Below, piece after piece: positions 46,601-60,847 of a stretch of DNA of 64,000 nucleotides. The DNA lies in contig CP068257.2 in assembly GCA_009914755.4 (NCBI GenBank), positions 30,528,001 to 30,592,000 of the forward strand, given 5' to 3'. A model generated the notes under the pieces. It saw nothing but the letters and a program-made list of their open reading frames with translations. It searched no databases and was not told where the DNA came from. Each line of letters begins with the position of its first letter. Within the stretch, counting starts at the first letter, position 1. The translations under genes were made by a program, and so were the position numbers. The stretch is from the human T2T-CHM13v2.0 reference genome, Homo sapiens.

Positions 46601-46770
46601 CTATAACTATCAACAAAGAAGAACTGGAGTTGAAGGATAAATGGCATAGCCTCCCATTCATTGGATGGCCAATTCTAGGAAGTATTCTCCATTCTCCACC
46701 AAAGTCCTGGCAAGATTGCCTTTGCCTACCTCAGTGACTTTACTAATTACATCCTTATAAGAACTTGTCC

Positions 46771-47054
46771 TTTTTTTTTTTTTTTTTTTTTTTTGAGACA
46801 GAGTCTCACTCTGTCTCCCAGGCTGGAGTGCAGTGGCTCGATCTCGGCTCACTGCAAGCTCCGCCTCCCGAGTTCACACCACTCTCCTGCCTCAGCCTCC
46901 TGAGTAGCTGGGACTACAGGCGCCTGCCACCACGCCCGGCTAATTTTTTGTATTTTTAGTAGAGACGGGGTTTCACCGTGTTAGCCAGGGTGGTCTCAAA
47001 CTCCTGACCTTGTGATCTGCCCGCTCGGCCTCCCAAAGTGCTGGGACTACAGGC
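46771..47054 (-). mobile_element. Alu SINE (antisense, slightly truncated at the Alu 5' end)
   Basis: t24 followed by gagacagagtctcactctgtctcccaggctggagtgcagtggctcgatctcgg...cccaaagtgctgggactacaggcg. Confidence 0.9.
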
Positions 47055-49797
47055 GAATTCATCCTTCTTATCTGTCTCATTCTCCCTGCTCCCTCATTCC
47101 TAGTTTCTGGGATCATATTGCAGATAGAGCACCTGCAATGAAAACAAACCCCATTTTCATTTTTCCCCCACCCCTACTTAAATCCAGCCTGCACAGCCTC
47201 ACCATTTGAATAAAATCTAAGACAAATCCAATGATCTCTGTGTGTGTTTTGGGGGTGGAGAGGGTCTTTATTAAGTAATTTAAAAGCTTCTTGGCCATCT
47301 AAAATAAGAAAAAATGACTTGTTTCAGTGTTAAAATCTCCAGATCTACCTAATGATATGTATTTTACTTAAATTTAGAGCTCCACCTTCTCTGACTGTCC
47401 CATTCTGGGCCGGTTGGCTGCCTGAGGGGGTTGGCAGCTCAGCCTTGCGTTTTCTGCTTTCTACTCTCAGCTTGTTAAGCAAGGTTGCTGGCCCCTTCAG
47501 GATGGGAGAAAGGAGAGGTAAGGTTCAAGCGAGCAAGAAAGGTCAGATTTGCCATAAGATGGCCAAGCTGCTTCTGGGCTGGATAGGGGGGTTTGAGAGA
47601 CCCCCCCATTCCAGTCGTTCTTGGGGTTTTTCTCACCTGCAATTCTCTTGATACTGGCCAATGCCTTTCCCTGGCTGGCCACTCCTTGTTTTCCCTTCAG
47701 CTCCTGGGAATCCAGTGGTCCCCCCATCCACTGTAGTCACCAGGTCCTCCAGGCCAAACTCAGAATTCAGATGACCCCTCTCATGTGGTCCCATCTGACT
47801 CAGTCTCACTTTTAGATTTTTTTAAGTGTGATTCAGGCACCACCTAATAGGTCTCCACAGGCTCTTGGAGACTTGCATCAGGGACCCCTGGAAACCCCTT
47901 TCCCTAGGCTGGGGGTGAAGGAAAAGTATTTTCCATCCCTTCCATGTGTGTTAGGGTGTATATTGGGTGAGGGGGGATTACTCTGACAGCTCTCTCCAAA
48001 AGGACTCATCTAATCTCCAACTCCCTAGACTTCTACAGTCTCTTTGTATAGACTGGAGCCGGGTGGTCAGTTAAGAGCAAAATCTCATTATTGGATTCTC
48101 CATTGCAAGTCCTGCTTGGCGGCCTCTTTCCTCACTTTGAAATGTGGGATTCATCAGCCTCTTTTGTCTTGGAGTTTTAGCTTAAATGGAGGGAAAAAGC
48201 ATCCTATTTTAACATCCTGTTACACATAATACACAACTTGGTTCAGCACTAAATAACATTTACATGGTTGTAATAATGTAAACACTGAAGACTGATTTAA
48301 CAAAAAATGATGATGGCACCGTAACGGGAGATGGGCAGAAGGATGAGAGAGCCGCAGCTTCATCTACCAAGTGTGAAAGTCAAGGCTCTGAACTGCAAAC
48401 AGCAGACTTTCCCTGACTAATGAAAGCAGGAAATGAGGTTATTAAAGGAGATCAGGTCACTCTCCAGCATCTTAAGGAACAATGCCCAGCCACACTGCGG
48501 GCTGCTCTGTGAATGCCCCGCTGTCTCTAGTGCCCAGCACCCACACTACACCTGATACATCACACCACTGATGCCTGGGACCATATACCAGAGGCTCTAC
48601 CCGTTCAGTTTCACAAACGCCAAACTGTGAGCCACCCACCACGGCTGCCAGAAGATTCCTTCCCCTGCACGCCCCTTTCCTCATGGGCTTACTTTGGGAT
48701 CAAAATCTTAATAAGGGGCATCTGATTGATGAAGTCTAAATTCCACGCCTGCGACCCAGCTGTAATGTAATGACACATTTTTTTATGACTTCTATCTTGG
48801 GAACTCAGGAAATTACCAGAATACGAGGCGTGTTCAAAAAATGTTGAGCTTCTACAAGTAACAAATATCTGCTTCAGGAAGTCAACAGATAATGAGGAAA
48901 ATGGATAAATGCAAAAATTGCAGATAAGCATCTCGTCTAGAAAGATAATGGTAAATACCAAAAGAAACAGCTCAGGGTTGAAAGTCCTGAAAAGAAGGAT
49001 GAGGGGAGACGATGGTGGGTCAAGGGCAGATGTTTTTTACATAAGTCGTTGGGAAATGTTAAATTTTTTTATACCATGCACATGTGATACCCTGATAAAT
49101 ATAAAATTGAGAAAGGGGTCACTTTCATAAGCATCAGATTTTAAAGGTACTGCACCTCAGGTACTGCAGTCCAGCTGGCCTGGTACAGCCGCTTGCCAGG
49201 ATATCTGGCATGTTGCCATATCATGCATTTTCTGCTAATCTGCCTGCAGCTGTCTACGGTGGAGGGGCTGCAGCCTCTCTTGCTAACAGTTCAACACTGG
49301 CATAAATGGGGAAACAGATTGGTTTGTTGGAATTTTTTGGTTTCTTCTTTTCTTTTTCTTTTTTTTTTGGGTTATCCACCATAAATATAAAGGTCTTGTT
49401 GAAACTTTAAAAATTATAATACCAAGTTCACCAAACATCTATTAATGCAGGATATTACATTTTACAAGGCTGCGCTTTCAAAAACAGACCAGAGAGTCCA
49501 GTGGACCTCTTGGCCTCCTGGGCCCAGGGTCTACTTCATGGGCAAGGGATCTGTGCAATGGCATAGGGGCCTATGCTCAAGCTTGGTTTAATGTTTAATG
49601 CTTGGTATTGCTGTCTGGAAATCCTTAATGATGTTTGAACAAGGCACGCTGCATTTTCATTTGGCACTGGGTCCTGCAAAATATGTAGCCAGTCCTGCAT
49701 GGACCTCAAAGTCCAGCACCAAATGTAGGCATAAACACACAGGTCTCATTAGTCAAGCTTTAGTGTACTTCTTTTCTCCTGCTTCCTCATCTGCCTT

Positions 49798-49818
49798 TCG
49801 TCTCTCTCTCTCTCTCTG
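49798..49818. repeat. (CT)n microsatellite
   Basis: tcgtctctctctctctctctgag. Confidence 0.85.
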
Positions 49819-49863
49819 AGACTCTTAACTTGGGGACTCCACAAACTGCAGACAAACATTTCT

Positions 49864-50307
49864 GTGGACATGTGAATGTGAATAACATGGTTTGGATCTG
49901 TGTCCCCACCAAATCTCTTGTCGAATTCTAATCCCCAGTGTTGGAGGTAGGGCCTGGTGGGAGGTGACTGGACCATGGGGGTGGATTTCTAATGAATGGT
50001 TTAGAACCATCCCCTTGGCTCTGATCTCAGGACAATGAGTGAGTTCTCATGAGATCTGGTTGTTTAAAAATATGAGACCTCCCCCCTCTCTTGCCCTTGC
50101 TTCTGCTTTGGCCATATGAGGTGCCTGCTCCCCCTTCACCTTCCACCATGATTGTAAGTTTCCTGAGGCTTTCCCAGAAGCTGAGCAGATGCCAACACCA
50201 TGCTTCCTATACAGCCTACAGAACCATGAGCCAATTAAACCTCTTTTCTTTATAAATTACCCAGTCCAAGCTATTTCTTTATAGCAATATGAGAATGGAC
50301 TAATACA
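49864..50307 (+). mobile_element. MaLR-type solo LTR (MST-like)
   Basis: aacatggtttggatctgtgtccccaccaaatctcttgtcgaattctaatccccagtgttggaggtagggcctggtgggaggtgactggaccatggggg...ccaccatgattgtaagtttcctgaggc...gagccaattaaacctcttttctttataaattacccagtccaagctatttctttatagcaatatgagaatggactaatacag. Confidence 0.85.
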
Positions 50308-51164
50308 GTGCATTTTTCGGGAAAGAGTATCTCCTTAGCCTTTATCAGGTTCTCAAAAGTGCTGTGGCCTCCAAAATTTGAGAACCACCAATTTACAGGA
50401 GCTTTGGCCTTCTAGTTTCTCTTTAACTACTCAGCATAAATGTGGATGTCATCCTATGTCACCTCCAAGCCTTATTGATAGCAGGTGGCACATAAATGAT
50501 AACTACATGGAGTGTTCACTGAGTAGGCGGAGCCAGGTCCTTGCATTTCTCATCACCAGGTGTCCCTCCCAAAGGAGAAGACTGCACCAAACAGTGGGCA
50601 AACCTCCTTTGTTTAAAATGGCTAGAAATGGTATAATCACTAGTCAAACTCTCTCCTGAGATCAAAAAGCAGTTGCTTGAAAGCAAAGTTCTCGCAGTAG
50701 CTCTCTATCTAGAAGGAGGCATTTTATTTATGTAAGGAAGTCACCTAAAAGAAAATTCATTTGTTATGGTGTGGCTTTAAGAGTTACTTACTTTTAATGG
50801 AATCCCCCAGATAATAATAAATTCTGAAAAAAAAAAAAATCAGAATCATGGCATGTTAAAACTGGATACATTCCTAGAAATAGATGGAAACTGCTCTTGC
50901 AAAAAGCTTAGCACATGTTAAAGCATTTTAGAAACAATTTGCCAAAGTTTATTTAGTCTAGTGATTTTGACAGGTTAAATGGACCCTTTGAGATCTTTTT
51001 TCCTCAAGTACAAAGGCTCACTTGCTTAATGAACACAGTCCCAGAAAAGCAGGGGGCTGAACCTTGGCTCTACCATCTTACCTAAGATTCTAGAGTTAGC
51101 AAAGGGTTTCCACAAGCCCAAATTATTATGTTTAATCTTTTCAATTATCTGTGAAGCATTAGGT

Positions 51165-51241
51165 TGGTGCAAAAGTAACTGCAGGTTTTGACATTAAAAC
51201 TGGCAAAAACTGCAATAACTTTTGCACCAACATAAGAACAC
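51165..51241. mobile_element. MADE1 (mariner-derived 80-bp MITE)
   Basis: ttaggttggtgcaaaagtaactgcaggttttgacattaaaactggcaaaaactgcaataacttttgcaccaacataa, a palindromic Hsmar1-derived MITE (consensus ttaggttggtgcaaaagtaattgcggtttttgccattaaaagtaatggcaaaaaccgcaattacttttgcaccaacctaa). Confidence 0.9.
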
Positions 51242-51267
51242 TATCCCCATTGTTCAGGTAAAGAAAT

Positions 51268-51644
51268 TGATATGGTTTTGCTGTGTTCCCACCCAAATCT
51301 CACCTTGAATTGTAGTCCCCATAATCCTCATGTGTGATGGGAGGGGCCCACTGGGAGGTAATTGAATCATGGGGGCGGTTACCCTAGTGCTGCTGTTCTC
51401 ATCATAGTGAGTGAGTTCTCATGAGATCCGATGGTTTTTTAAGGGGCTTTCCCCACTTTTGCTCATTCTTCTACTTCCTGCCACTACATGCAGAAGGACA
51501 TGTCTGCTTCCCCTTCCACCATGATCGTAAGTTTCCTGAGGCCTCCGCAACCCTGTGGAACTGTGAGTCAATTAAACCTCTTTCCTTTACAAATTACCTA
51601 GTCTTGGGTACGTCTTTATAGCAGCAGGAGAATGGACTAATACA
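51268..51644 (+). mobile_element. MaLR-type solo LTR (MSTA/THE1-like)
   Basis: tgatatggttttgctgtgttcccacccaaatctcaccttgaattgtagtccccataatcctcatgtgtgatgggaggggcccactgggaggtaattgaatcatgggggcgg...gttctcatgagatccgatggttttttaagggg...ccaccatgatcgtaagtttcctgaggcctccgcaaccctgtggaactgtgagtcaattaaacctctttcctttacaaattacctagtcttgggtacgtctttatagcagcaggagaatggactaatacag. Confidence 0.9.
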
Positions 51645-51809
51645 GAAATCAAAACTCAGAGAAGTTGTATAACATGCTCAAGGCCAAGAATGCAGCAGGA
51701 TGAACAGAGTTGTTGGACTCTGAATCAAGTGCTCCTTTCACTACCAGTGACAGTGATGCTTTCCCCAAATAGCTTCTCTGCAAAGTCTCTGCTGAATGGC
51801 TTCATAGGG

Positions 51810-52020
51810 AGGTGCTGGCACTCACTTCTTAGCTGTGTGATCTTAGGCAAGTTACTTAACCTTTTCTTGCCTGTTTCTTCATGCTTACAATGGGAATAAT
51901 AATAATCTCCATCTCACAGAATTATTGTGAGGATTAAATGAGTTGTTATTTGTACAACCGTATTTTAAAAGGCCCTAGCTTATAGTAGGCACCATGGTGT
52001 TGTCATTATTAATAATACTA
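51810..52020 (+). mobile_element. MIR SINE
   Basis: cacttcttagctgtgtgatcttaggcaagttacttaaccttttcttgcctgtttcttcatgcttacaatgggaataataataatctccatctcacagaattattgtgaggattaaatgagttgttatttgtacaaccgtattttaaaaggccctagcttatagtaggcaccatggtgttgtcattattaataat matches MIR ...ctagctgtgtgaccttgggcaagttacttaacctct...gttgttgtgaggattaaatgagtt.... Confidence 0.85.
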
Positions 52021-52715
52021 TTATTACCCTTATAGCTCATCAGTATTGGAAATTACTTGATTTGCACACTTGGATACCTAGAAAGGCTAAACTCTTCATC
52101 TCTAGCAGCCATTTGTGCTGATTTTGTGAGTTGCCTCAAGTGTCCTCATGCATTTTCAACAGTCGAGAAGGGCTTCAGGCTGACGGTGTGCATCAGATGG
52201 GATCAGTGTATTTTAATGTGCCTCCTCCCCATTGCCCCCCATCTGCATATTGAACATTGACTTTATGATGTCATGAGCACAAAGGTCCCTTGAAAATTAA
52301 ATTCATTGTTCACTTGGAACAGTGTCGGGGGAGCAGGAATGTTTGTGCTGACAACTCGGGGCGTTAACAGTTTCATAACTGTAAGGGAGAAGACAAATAG
52401 TGTAACCCACTCATTGTTAATAGAGGCATTAAAAGGTGGATGGACTTCTATTCCTATAAAGGTGACTTTTAAATTCATATGCAATCTGCTGCCTTTTTAT
52501 CACATCACCATTCTTGCCTTCCTTCTGACCAAACCATGAGTGTGGGGTTTATCCTCATCTCCTACTCAGCCCATTTTCTTCTCTTCCATTAATAAAATAA
52601 ATTCTGGAAAAAAAATACTTTCCTGAGTCTGCCTCCGAAATAACTCTCAGGTCATCTTGATAGCCCTGTGCCAAGCCAGTCACCAGTCCACAAAAGCCAA
52701 CCAATAGGCAAGATT

Positions 52716-53011
<296 letters not shown>

Positions 53012-54309
53012 CTGGGCAGGATTATTAATTGGAGAAAGGAGGAAAGGGGAAACATGTAACTGTTCCACCAAATCATGCCTCTCTCTTCTTTCTCTTTCTG
53101 AATTTCAATCGGGAAATGACATGCATCCCCTGCCAGCTGTATTACTTAACTGCCACCTCAGACACCATCTCCTAATGAGAGGCTGTTTCGGAAGATGGCT
53201 ATCACCTCCTTATGATTCTGTTTCCAAGATCCCAAAAGACAGATTAGCTCAGTGTCCTCCCTGCCACCACTGAGTTACAATCTGAGAGAAACCCTAGGCA
53301 TGCAACCCATGATGGAAGTCTTAGGAGAGGCTCTGTTTTGAACTAGAGATTAGAAACTTCTCATTGGTAGTTTCTGGTTCCTCTCACTGACCATTAGGCC
53401 AGACATTTCCATGATGGACTTCATAATCATGCAAGCTGCAATAGCAAAAATAGAATGAAAAGAAAATGACCAGAATGCTGCATACAAAGGGCACAGCCCA
53501 AATTACATAATTTTGTTCCCATCTGCATTGAGAGAATTACTGCATTTTTCAGAGACTAAATATCTAAAACCCAAGACTCCATTTTCTCCCCTCTCAGGCC
53601 TCTCCCCAGGCCCATACCCTATCTCTCCCCTGGCACTCTGATTTTGATGCAATGAATGCATTTGAGGGACTACATGATAAATAAGAAGTTTTTGGTATGA
53701 TAGAAAGTCTAAAATTAATAATGCCTTTTTACCAGCAGTGACTATGGGCTGATGATGCTACTCGTGAAATAAACCTGGTGGAGAGAGGCAGGACAGAGGT
53801 GAGTTAAGTCAGAGAGGAGAGGTTTACATCAAGGCAACCCAGTATGCTTTTTATTTGAATAACTGGGTGGCTTCCTCTTACGTAAAGTTGTTACTCAGAT
53901 TACCAGGAGAATTTGAAGAGTGTCAAATGCAGCACAATCAGAAGGCATGACTTTAATGTGTCCTGAAAACGCAGTCATGCCTCCGTCCTCCTACTTCTCG
54001 TGGTTGGCAGGAACCTGTAGCAGCTCACTGCCTCCATCCTGTCCCTGAATGCCCTAGACTTTGCATTCTCAGCTGCAAGGGTCTACATTTTATCCAGCCA
54101 TGAAGAATGCTGTCAAAGAAGGAGCTGGAGAAGTCAGACTCTCATACCTGCACCTCCAGGAGGGCTGAAACTGAAGGGGGAAGTAGGGGTGCTGCTCAGG
54201 TGTGCCGTGACTGAGGACACAGGACAGGGGCCCTTCTGGGTTTGGATGCTGGTGATCCTTCTCCAGCTGCTGTTTCAAGAGTGCATCAGGTCCCCAAGCT
54301 TTCACCTAT

Positions 54310-54668
54310 TGATATGGTTTGGCTGTGTCCCCACCCAAATCTCACCTTGAATTATAATAATCCCCACATGTCAAGGTGGGGGCCAGGTGGAGATAATTGA
54401 ATCATGGGGGCAGTTTCCCTCATACTGTTCTCAAGGTAGTGAAAAAGTCTAATGAGAGTTGACGCTTTTATAAGTGGGAGTTTCCCCTGCACAAGCTCTC
54501 TTGCTCATCACAGTGTAAGAAGTCCCTTTGCTCTTCCTTTGTCTTCCTCCATGATTGTGAGGCCTCCCCAGCCATGTGGAACTGTGAGTCCATTAAACCT
54601 CTTTCCTTTATAAATTACCCAGTCTCGGGTATATCTTTATTAGTAGCATGAGAACAGGCTAATACAAT
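54310..54668 (+). mobile_element. MaLR-type solo LTR (THE1-like)
   Basis: tgatatggtttggctgtgtccccacccaaatctcaccttgaattataataatccccacatgtcaaggtgggggccaggtggagataattgaatcatgggggcag...cccctgcacaagctctcttgctcatc...ccatgattgtgaggcctccccagccatgtggaactgtgagtccattaaacctctttcctttataaattacccagtctcgggtatatctttattagtagcatgagaacaggctaatacaat. Confidence 0.9.
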
Positions 54669-56439
54669 TATCAAGCTTGTAGAAAAGACCAGATCAGATA
54701 ACTGGGGCTGGGGAGCAACTACTTTCAAACATTGTTGCTGGGAGTGTGAATTGGTACAACCTTTAAGGTGGGCAACTCAGCCATATCTAACCAAATTTTA
54801 AAAAAATGCACATACCCTTTGGCCATCCCCCTTCTGGGGTTTAATCCTGTAGATAGGTTTATACATATACAAAATATAACATTACCGAGATATTCACTGA
54901 AATATTGTTTGGAAAGAGATTGGAAACAATCCAAATGTCCGTCACTAAATGGCTGATTGTATGAATGACAACACATAGATAGACAAAAGGAAATTAACAC
55001 TGTTATTAAAAAGAAGAATCAGCACTGTACATTCTGACATACAATTCACTTCATGATAATATAAAGTAAAAAAAGAAAGTGCAAAATACTGTGTATAATA
55101 TGCTACTCTTTGGACAAAGTGTACTTTATGTACATATATGCTTGTTTATGCACGGAATACCTCTGGAAATATCCACAAGAAACTGATTAACTACAGTTCC
55201 TTCTAGGGAGGAGAAACCAGTGGCTGGGAGATGGGAGAAGAGAGTCTTTCTGCACTGTGTACCCTTTTCTACCTTTCAACGTGTGGATCATATTCAAGTG
55301 TTAATTTTTTGACTGAAAAAGAAATTAGCTATAAACAGCATTATAAAGACTATTACCAGGAACTCTTCTAACGTTCTCAGGGTCAGAAGTCCAAAATCAG
55401 TCTCATGAGGTTAATGTCAAGGTGTCAGCAAGTCTTGTTCCTTCTGGAATCTCTATGGGACAAGAGGCTCCCTGCATTCCTTGGCTTGTGGCCACATCAC
55501 CCTGACCTCTGCTTCTGTGCTCACATCTCCTCTCTGACTCTGACCCTCCTGACTCCCTCTTATCAAGATCCTTGTGGTTACATTGGGATCTTGGGTAAAC
55601 CGGGATAATGAACAGATTCTGGGAATTCTAGGACTGAATATCTTTGGGGGTTCATTATTCAGTCTACCACAGGGGGTATGGGAGGAAACACTCCTGTTCT
55701 CTCTTCATTCCATTTCCCCTGTCCCCTAGGAAACCAGAGTAGACACTCTGACATCCACCAGCCAGTGCTCCCCAGTGGAGGGATTGCTGTGTTAAAGGCT
55801 GTGGTCCCTCACTCCCATGGTGCCCACGCCCTTGACCCCACACCCCACCTCTCTTCTCTGAGGAACATAGCTATCAGGTCCACCTTGGAGGCCAGAAACC
55901 CCCATTCTCAGATGGGACATGAGAGGATCCACCACATTCCTCAGGAGGTTGATTCAGAGCTCCACATCTTGGCAGTTGGTGGGGTCTCATCTAGAGAGTG
56001 CATTGGACCTAGAAAATTCTGACAAAGTCACTTCCTTTGGCAAGAACCTTGGAGAGGCGAGAGCTGGGATGCAGACGGGTTGCAAGGGTCCCAGTCAGGA
56101 AGGTTTGGTGCTGCGCTTTCCAAACTTTTATACATATGTATGGTTGACTAGTGATCTTGTTATTATTTTTCTTCCATGAGCTCTTGGGTTTTAAAAGCTT
56201 TTTGTCTTCTTAACCATCTACATTTAGTAAGTAGTAGCCTATATGTTCTAATCACAGATTAAGGCATAATTTCCATTAAACTTTTAAAAATCTTGAAAAG
56301 AAGCACACAACTCCCATTACCATATTTCAAAATAAACCCTTGACAGTCTCTGGAGTCCAGATTGGAAAACAAGGATACAGAAATAACAGCAATGACAATA
56401 GCAATGTTACCTACAGCACAAGGAGCTCTGGGCTGAGGG

Positions 56440-56560
56440 ACAGGATACCTGCAGCCCGGCCCTTGCCCTGCCACTCACTCACTGTGCCAAGCTAAGAAAT
56501 GACTCACCTGCCCAGTGATCACAAGCCCCAGCCCCGGAGCCTCTGGTTTAACTGGGCCAG
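56440..56560 (+). mobile_element. Possible MIR fragment
   Basis: ccttgccctgccactcactcactgtgccaagctaagaaatgactcacctgcccagtgatcacaag loosely matches MIR ctctgccacttactagctgtgtgaccttgggcaagtcacttaacctc. Confidence 0.35.
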
Positions 56561-59500
56561 GGTGGGATTCCCCCAGGTAAGTCCAGTGTGAGTCAAGACC
56601 ACTGGCTGGACAGGGTCTAGCTGCCCCAGAGAACACTCCAGGCTGAGTCTCCCGGAGCCAAGGGGACAAACTCAGGACTCTGTGAGAGGGAGGGCAATGG
56701 GACGGGGACATAAGCAAGCCAAGCTGCACCCAGGGCCTGTGAATGTTGACATCTTGTGGGCTCAGGCCACCTGGTGAGGCTAAGCAGGAGAGTGCTTGGC
56801 TGTTCTGACACTGTTCATTAAGCCAGGGACAGACAGAGACTAACGTGATTTAAAAGCCTCCAAAAGACACACTGCAAATCAGGGTCACAGCAAGGGCCAG
56901 CCAGCAGCCAGCTCAGGCTTGCCCTCTCTCCCTCTCAACCCTCCTTTCCCCCTGCACTCACCTTGTCTGAGCCAAATTGTTTTTCCACCAAAATTTACAG
57001 GGGTAGCACTGTGGGGAAACATTTGGGAGAGATCTCCGGCTGTGACCCACTGTTAAAAGCATCTCCACTGGCTATTGCTAAACAGAAAAGATTGTGGCTT
57101 CCCAGCAAGGCTGATTTCCCAGAAAACAGCCCTGGTAGGCCAAGGGGTAGGAACGCGAGGTAAGTGCTTATCTCCATGTGCTGATGTTCACTAGGGAAGC
57201 CAGGGACGGTCAGGATATCTCACCCCAGCTGAAATCAGATGACAAGCTGGTATCCATCTCAGAGGGAGCTCTAGAGGACAAGCAGAGGCAGGCTGAACAT
57301 AGGTATCTTCTTTTTGTTGAAACACAAAGATAGCCGCTGCCTTTCTTTCTTGCCCTCTTACTCATAATTTTGTCCTGGAGAGGATCAGGAGGAGCCTCCC
57401 TGGATTATTCCAATTAGTCATTAGTCACTTGTTTCTCTGGTATGGGATAATCTGGTTCTATGATTACAGTGACCTAGAGTACCTGAACCAAAAACTGAGA
57501 GGCACATTTTAGTAAAAATTATTTTGGTGGGAGGTTTTTCCCACTATTTGTCATTCTATGAAAACAAAAAGTTTGCAGGCTAGAATACAAAAATTTAGAT
57601 CATAACAAAAAGGTCTAACATTCTAAGATGAATTTCTAACACTCTGTGGTGCCATCACCATAAGAAGATGTGGGGGATGTTAGTGGATGTGGTGGACTAA
57701 AGACCTCTAAAACTCCTCTCCTCCATAAAAGCAACAAAAACACTAACCAAAAAAAAGTCAGAATCAAATTTTTCAGAAATTTAGAAATTAACCAAAGGCT
57801 TGCAACAATCTGAGGTGCATTTATTCAGTAACAATGGCTGAATCTTGGTAAAAAAATAGAAAGCTTTGTGGTATTTTAATTTGCCTATTCCCATCCCTTA
57901 CCCGTACCCCCAGATTTGCAGTACTCTGGAAAACCAACAGCCCACAATCGCAGTGAAAAATCTCAAAAACCTAGTCTGACAGCCACTGGAAGGAGAAGAA
58001 CAGTTCTGGAGCCCCCTCAAAGTTCCATTTCCAGAGAACTGTCATCATTCCACCTGTCTACTTTCCTGGAAGACCCCACCAACAATGCTGTCTTTATGTG
58101 ATGTGACTCAGAGCTCTTCCAGTGCAAAAAGCCTTTTCTTCAGAGGATATTTGTCTAAAACAAAGCATCTTGACTGCCTGAGGCAGTAGATAGCAGTTGG
58201 GGCAAATAATAGGCCAACCAAAGAGCTTAAAAGGAAAAGCTGGAGAATGACTTGTTCAAAGAGAGCTTTTAAAAGCTCTGATATATTCCTGTTAATCTAA
58301 AATGCCACATATATGCATAGGACAGTAGGCATGCCCAGAGCTATATCATGCCCAAGAAAGACCTGAGAAGGGCTGGCTGACTTTGAAGCTCTGTGGAAGC
58401 AGGAAGTAAAGGCTAAGGCAGAGTTTTTAACTTCTTGACTGAATGTTAAAGGTGGGCCCCCAATACACATACAGAACCTCTCAGCAAAAATTGGGAGACT
58501 TATTGGTTCCACGTACTTAAGAAATATTTGACTAATTATTAGTGTACCACTAAGCCAAATGAGCAGAGCCTTCAGGGGCCACCTATGACAAAGAAGACAG
58601 ACTTTACATAATTAGTTCAGAAAAATCACTGAACAAACATTTACAAAACAAACAGCAAGAACAAACCCTGGAGAGGGGTGAAGATCTGATTTCCAGAGTT
58701 GTCATATTATATTATGTAAAAATTCCAGTTTTTAATAACAATAAAAAATTATGAGACATACAAAGAAACAAAAAGTATGACCCATACAGGCTGAAAGAAT
58801 CAGTCAAGAAAAACTGTTCCAAAGGAAAAACTAGATATTAGACATACTAGACAAGGACTTTAAACCACCTATTTTAAATATGTTTAAAGAACTGAAGACA
58901 CATCTAAAGAACTAAAGTATGAAAATGATGTTTCACTATATAGAGAATACCAATAAAGAGACAAAAAGAATAAAAACGACCCAAATAGAAATTCTAGAGT
59001 GGAAAGTACAAAAACTGAAATGAAAAAAAATTCACTCAACAGCAGACTTGAGCTGGCAGAAGAAAGAAACAACATACTTGAAAATAAGTTGATTGAGATT
59101 ATTCAGTCTGACTTACAGAAAGAAAAAAGAAGGAAGAAAATTTAACAGAGCATAAAAGACCAACAAATACATAATTGGAATTCCAAAAGTAGTGAAGAGA
59201 GAGAAAGGATCAGAAAGAATAGTTGAAGAAGTAATGGCTGAAAACTTTCCAAATTGGATAAAATACATTTACCCACACATCCAACTAGCTCAACAACCTT
59301 CAGGTAGGATAAACTCAAAGAGACTCACACAGAGACTCATCATGATCCAACTGTCAAAAGATAAAAAGAGAATCTTGAGAGCAGCAAGACAGTAGAGATC
59401 CATCATGTATAAGGGATCCTCAAGAATGTTAACTTTCTCATCAGAATCCATGGAATCGGGAAGGCAAAGGGTGACATATTCAAAATTCTGAAGGAAAAAA

Positions 59501-59585
59501 AAACACTATCAACCAATAATTTTACATTCAGCAAAACTATCCTTAAACATGAAGGTGAAATTAAGACATCAAGATAAACAAATAA

Positions 59586-59912
<327 letters not shown>

Positions 59913-60486
59913 TCACTTGCACCTAAACTACAAGAAATACTAAAGGGAATCCTTCCAGCTGAAGTGATAAGACACAAAATAGTAACTCATGAAGAAGCAA
60001 CCACATGAAGAAATAAAAAGCACTGGTGAAGATAACTACGTAGTAAGTATGAAAGACAGAATAAATGTATTCTTCTTTGTGTTTTACTCTTTTTTCTCCA
60101 GATTTAAAAGACAACTGCATGAAGCAATAATTATAAGCCTGTGTTAACAAGTAAACATAATATAAATATGCAATTTGGATAATAAAAGCACAAAGGAGCA
60201 GAGAGGAAATAGAGCTATAATAAAAAGAGTTTTGTATGCCTTTTTAAGTTAGGTTGTTATGAATCCTAGCTTGTCATAAATTAAGATGTTAAATGTAATC
60301 CCTAGGGCAACAAATACGAAAAAACTAAAAAACATACAGTAAAAGAAGGAACAAAGGAACTAAGTTGGTACACTAGAACATGGCTGCTTAACATAAAAGA
60401 AGGGAATAGTGGAGGAATAAAAGAACAAAAAAAGATATAAGACTTACAGAAAACTAATATCGAAATGGTAGAAATAAATCTTATCA

Positions 60487-60768
<282 letters not shown>

Positions 60769-60847
60769 TTACATTAAACATAAATGGATTCACATTCCAA
60801 CCAAAAGAAACAGATTGGCAGAACTAATTCTTAAAAATGCATTATTC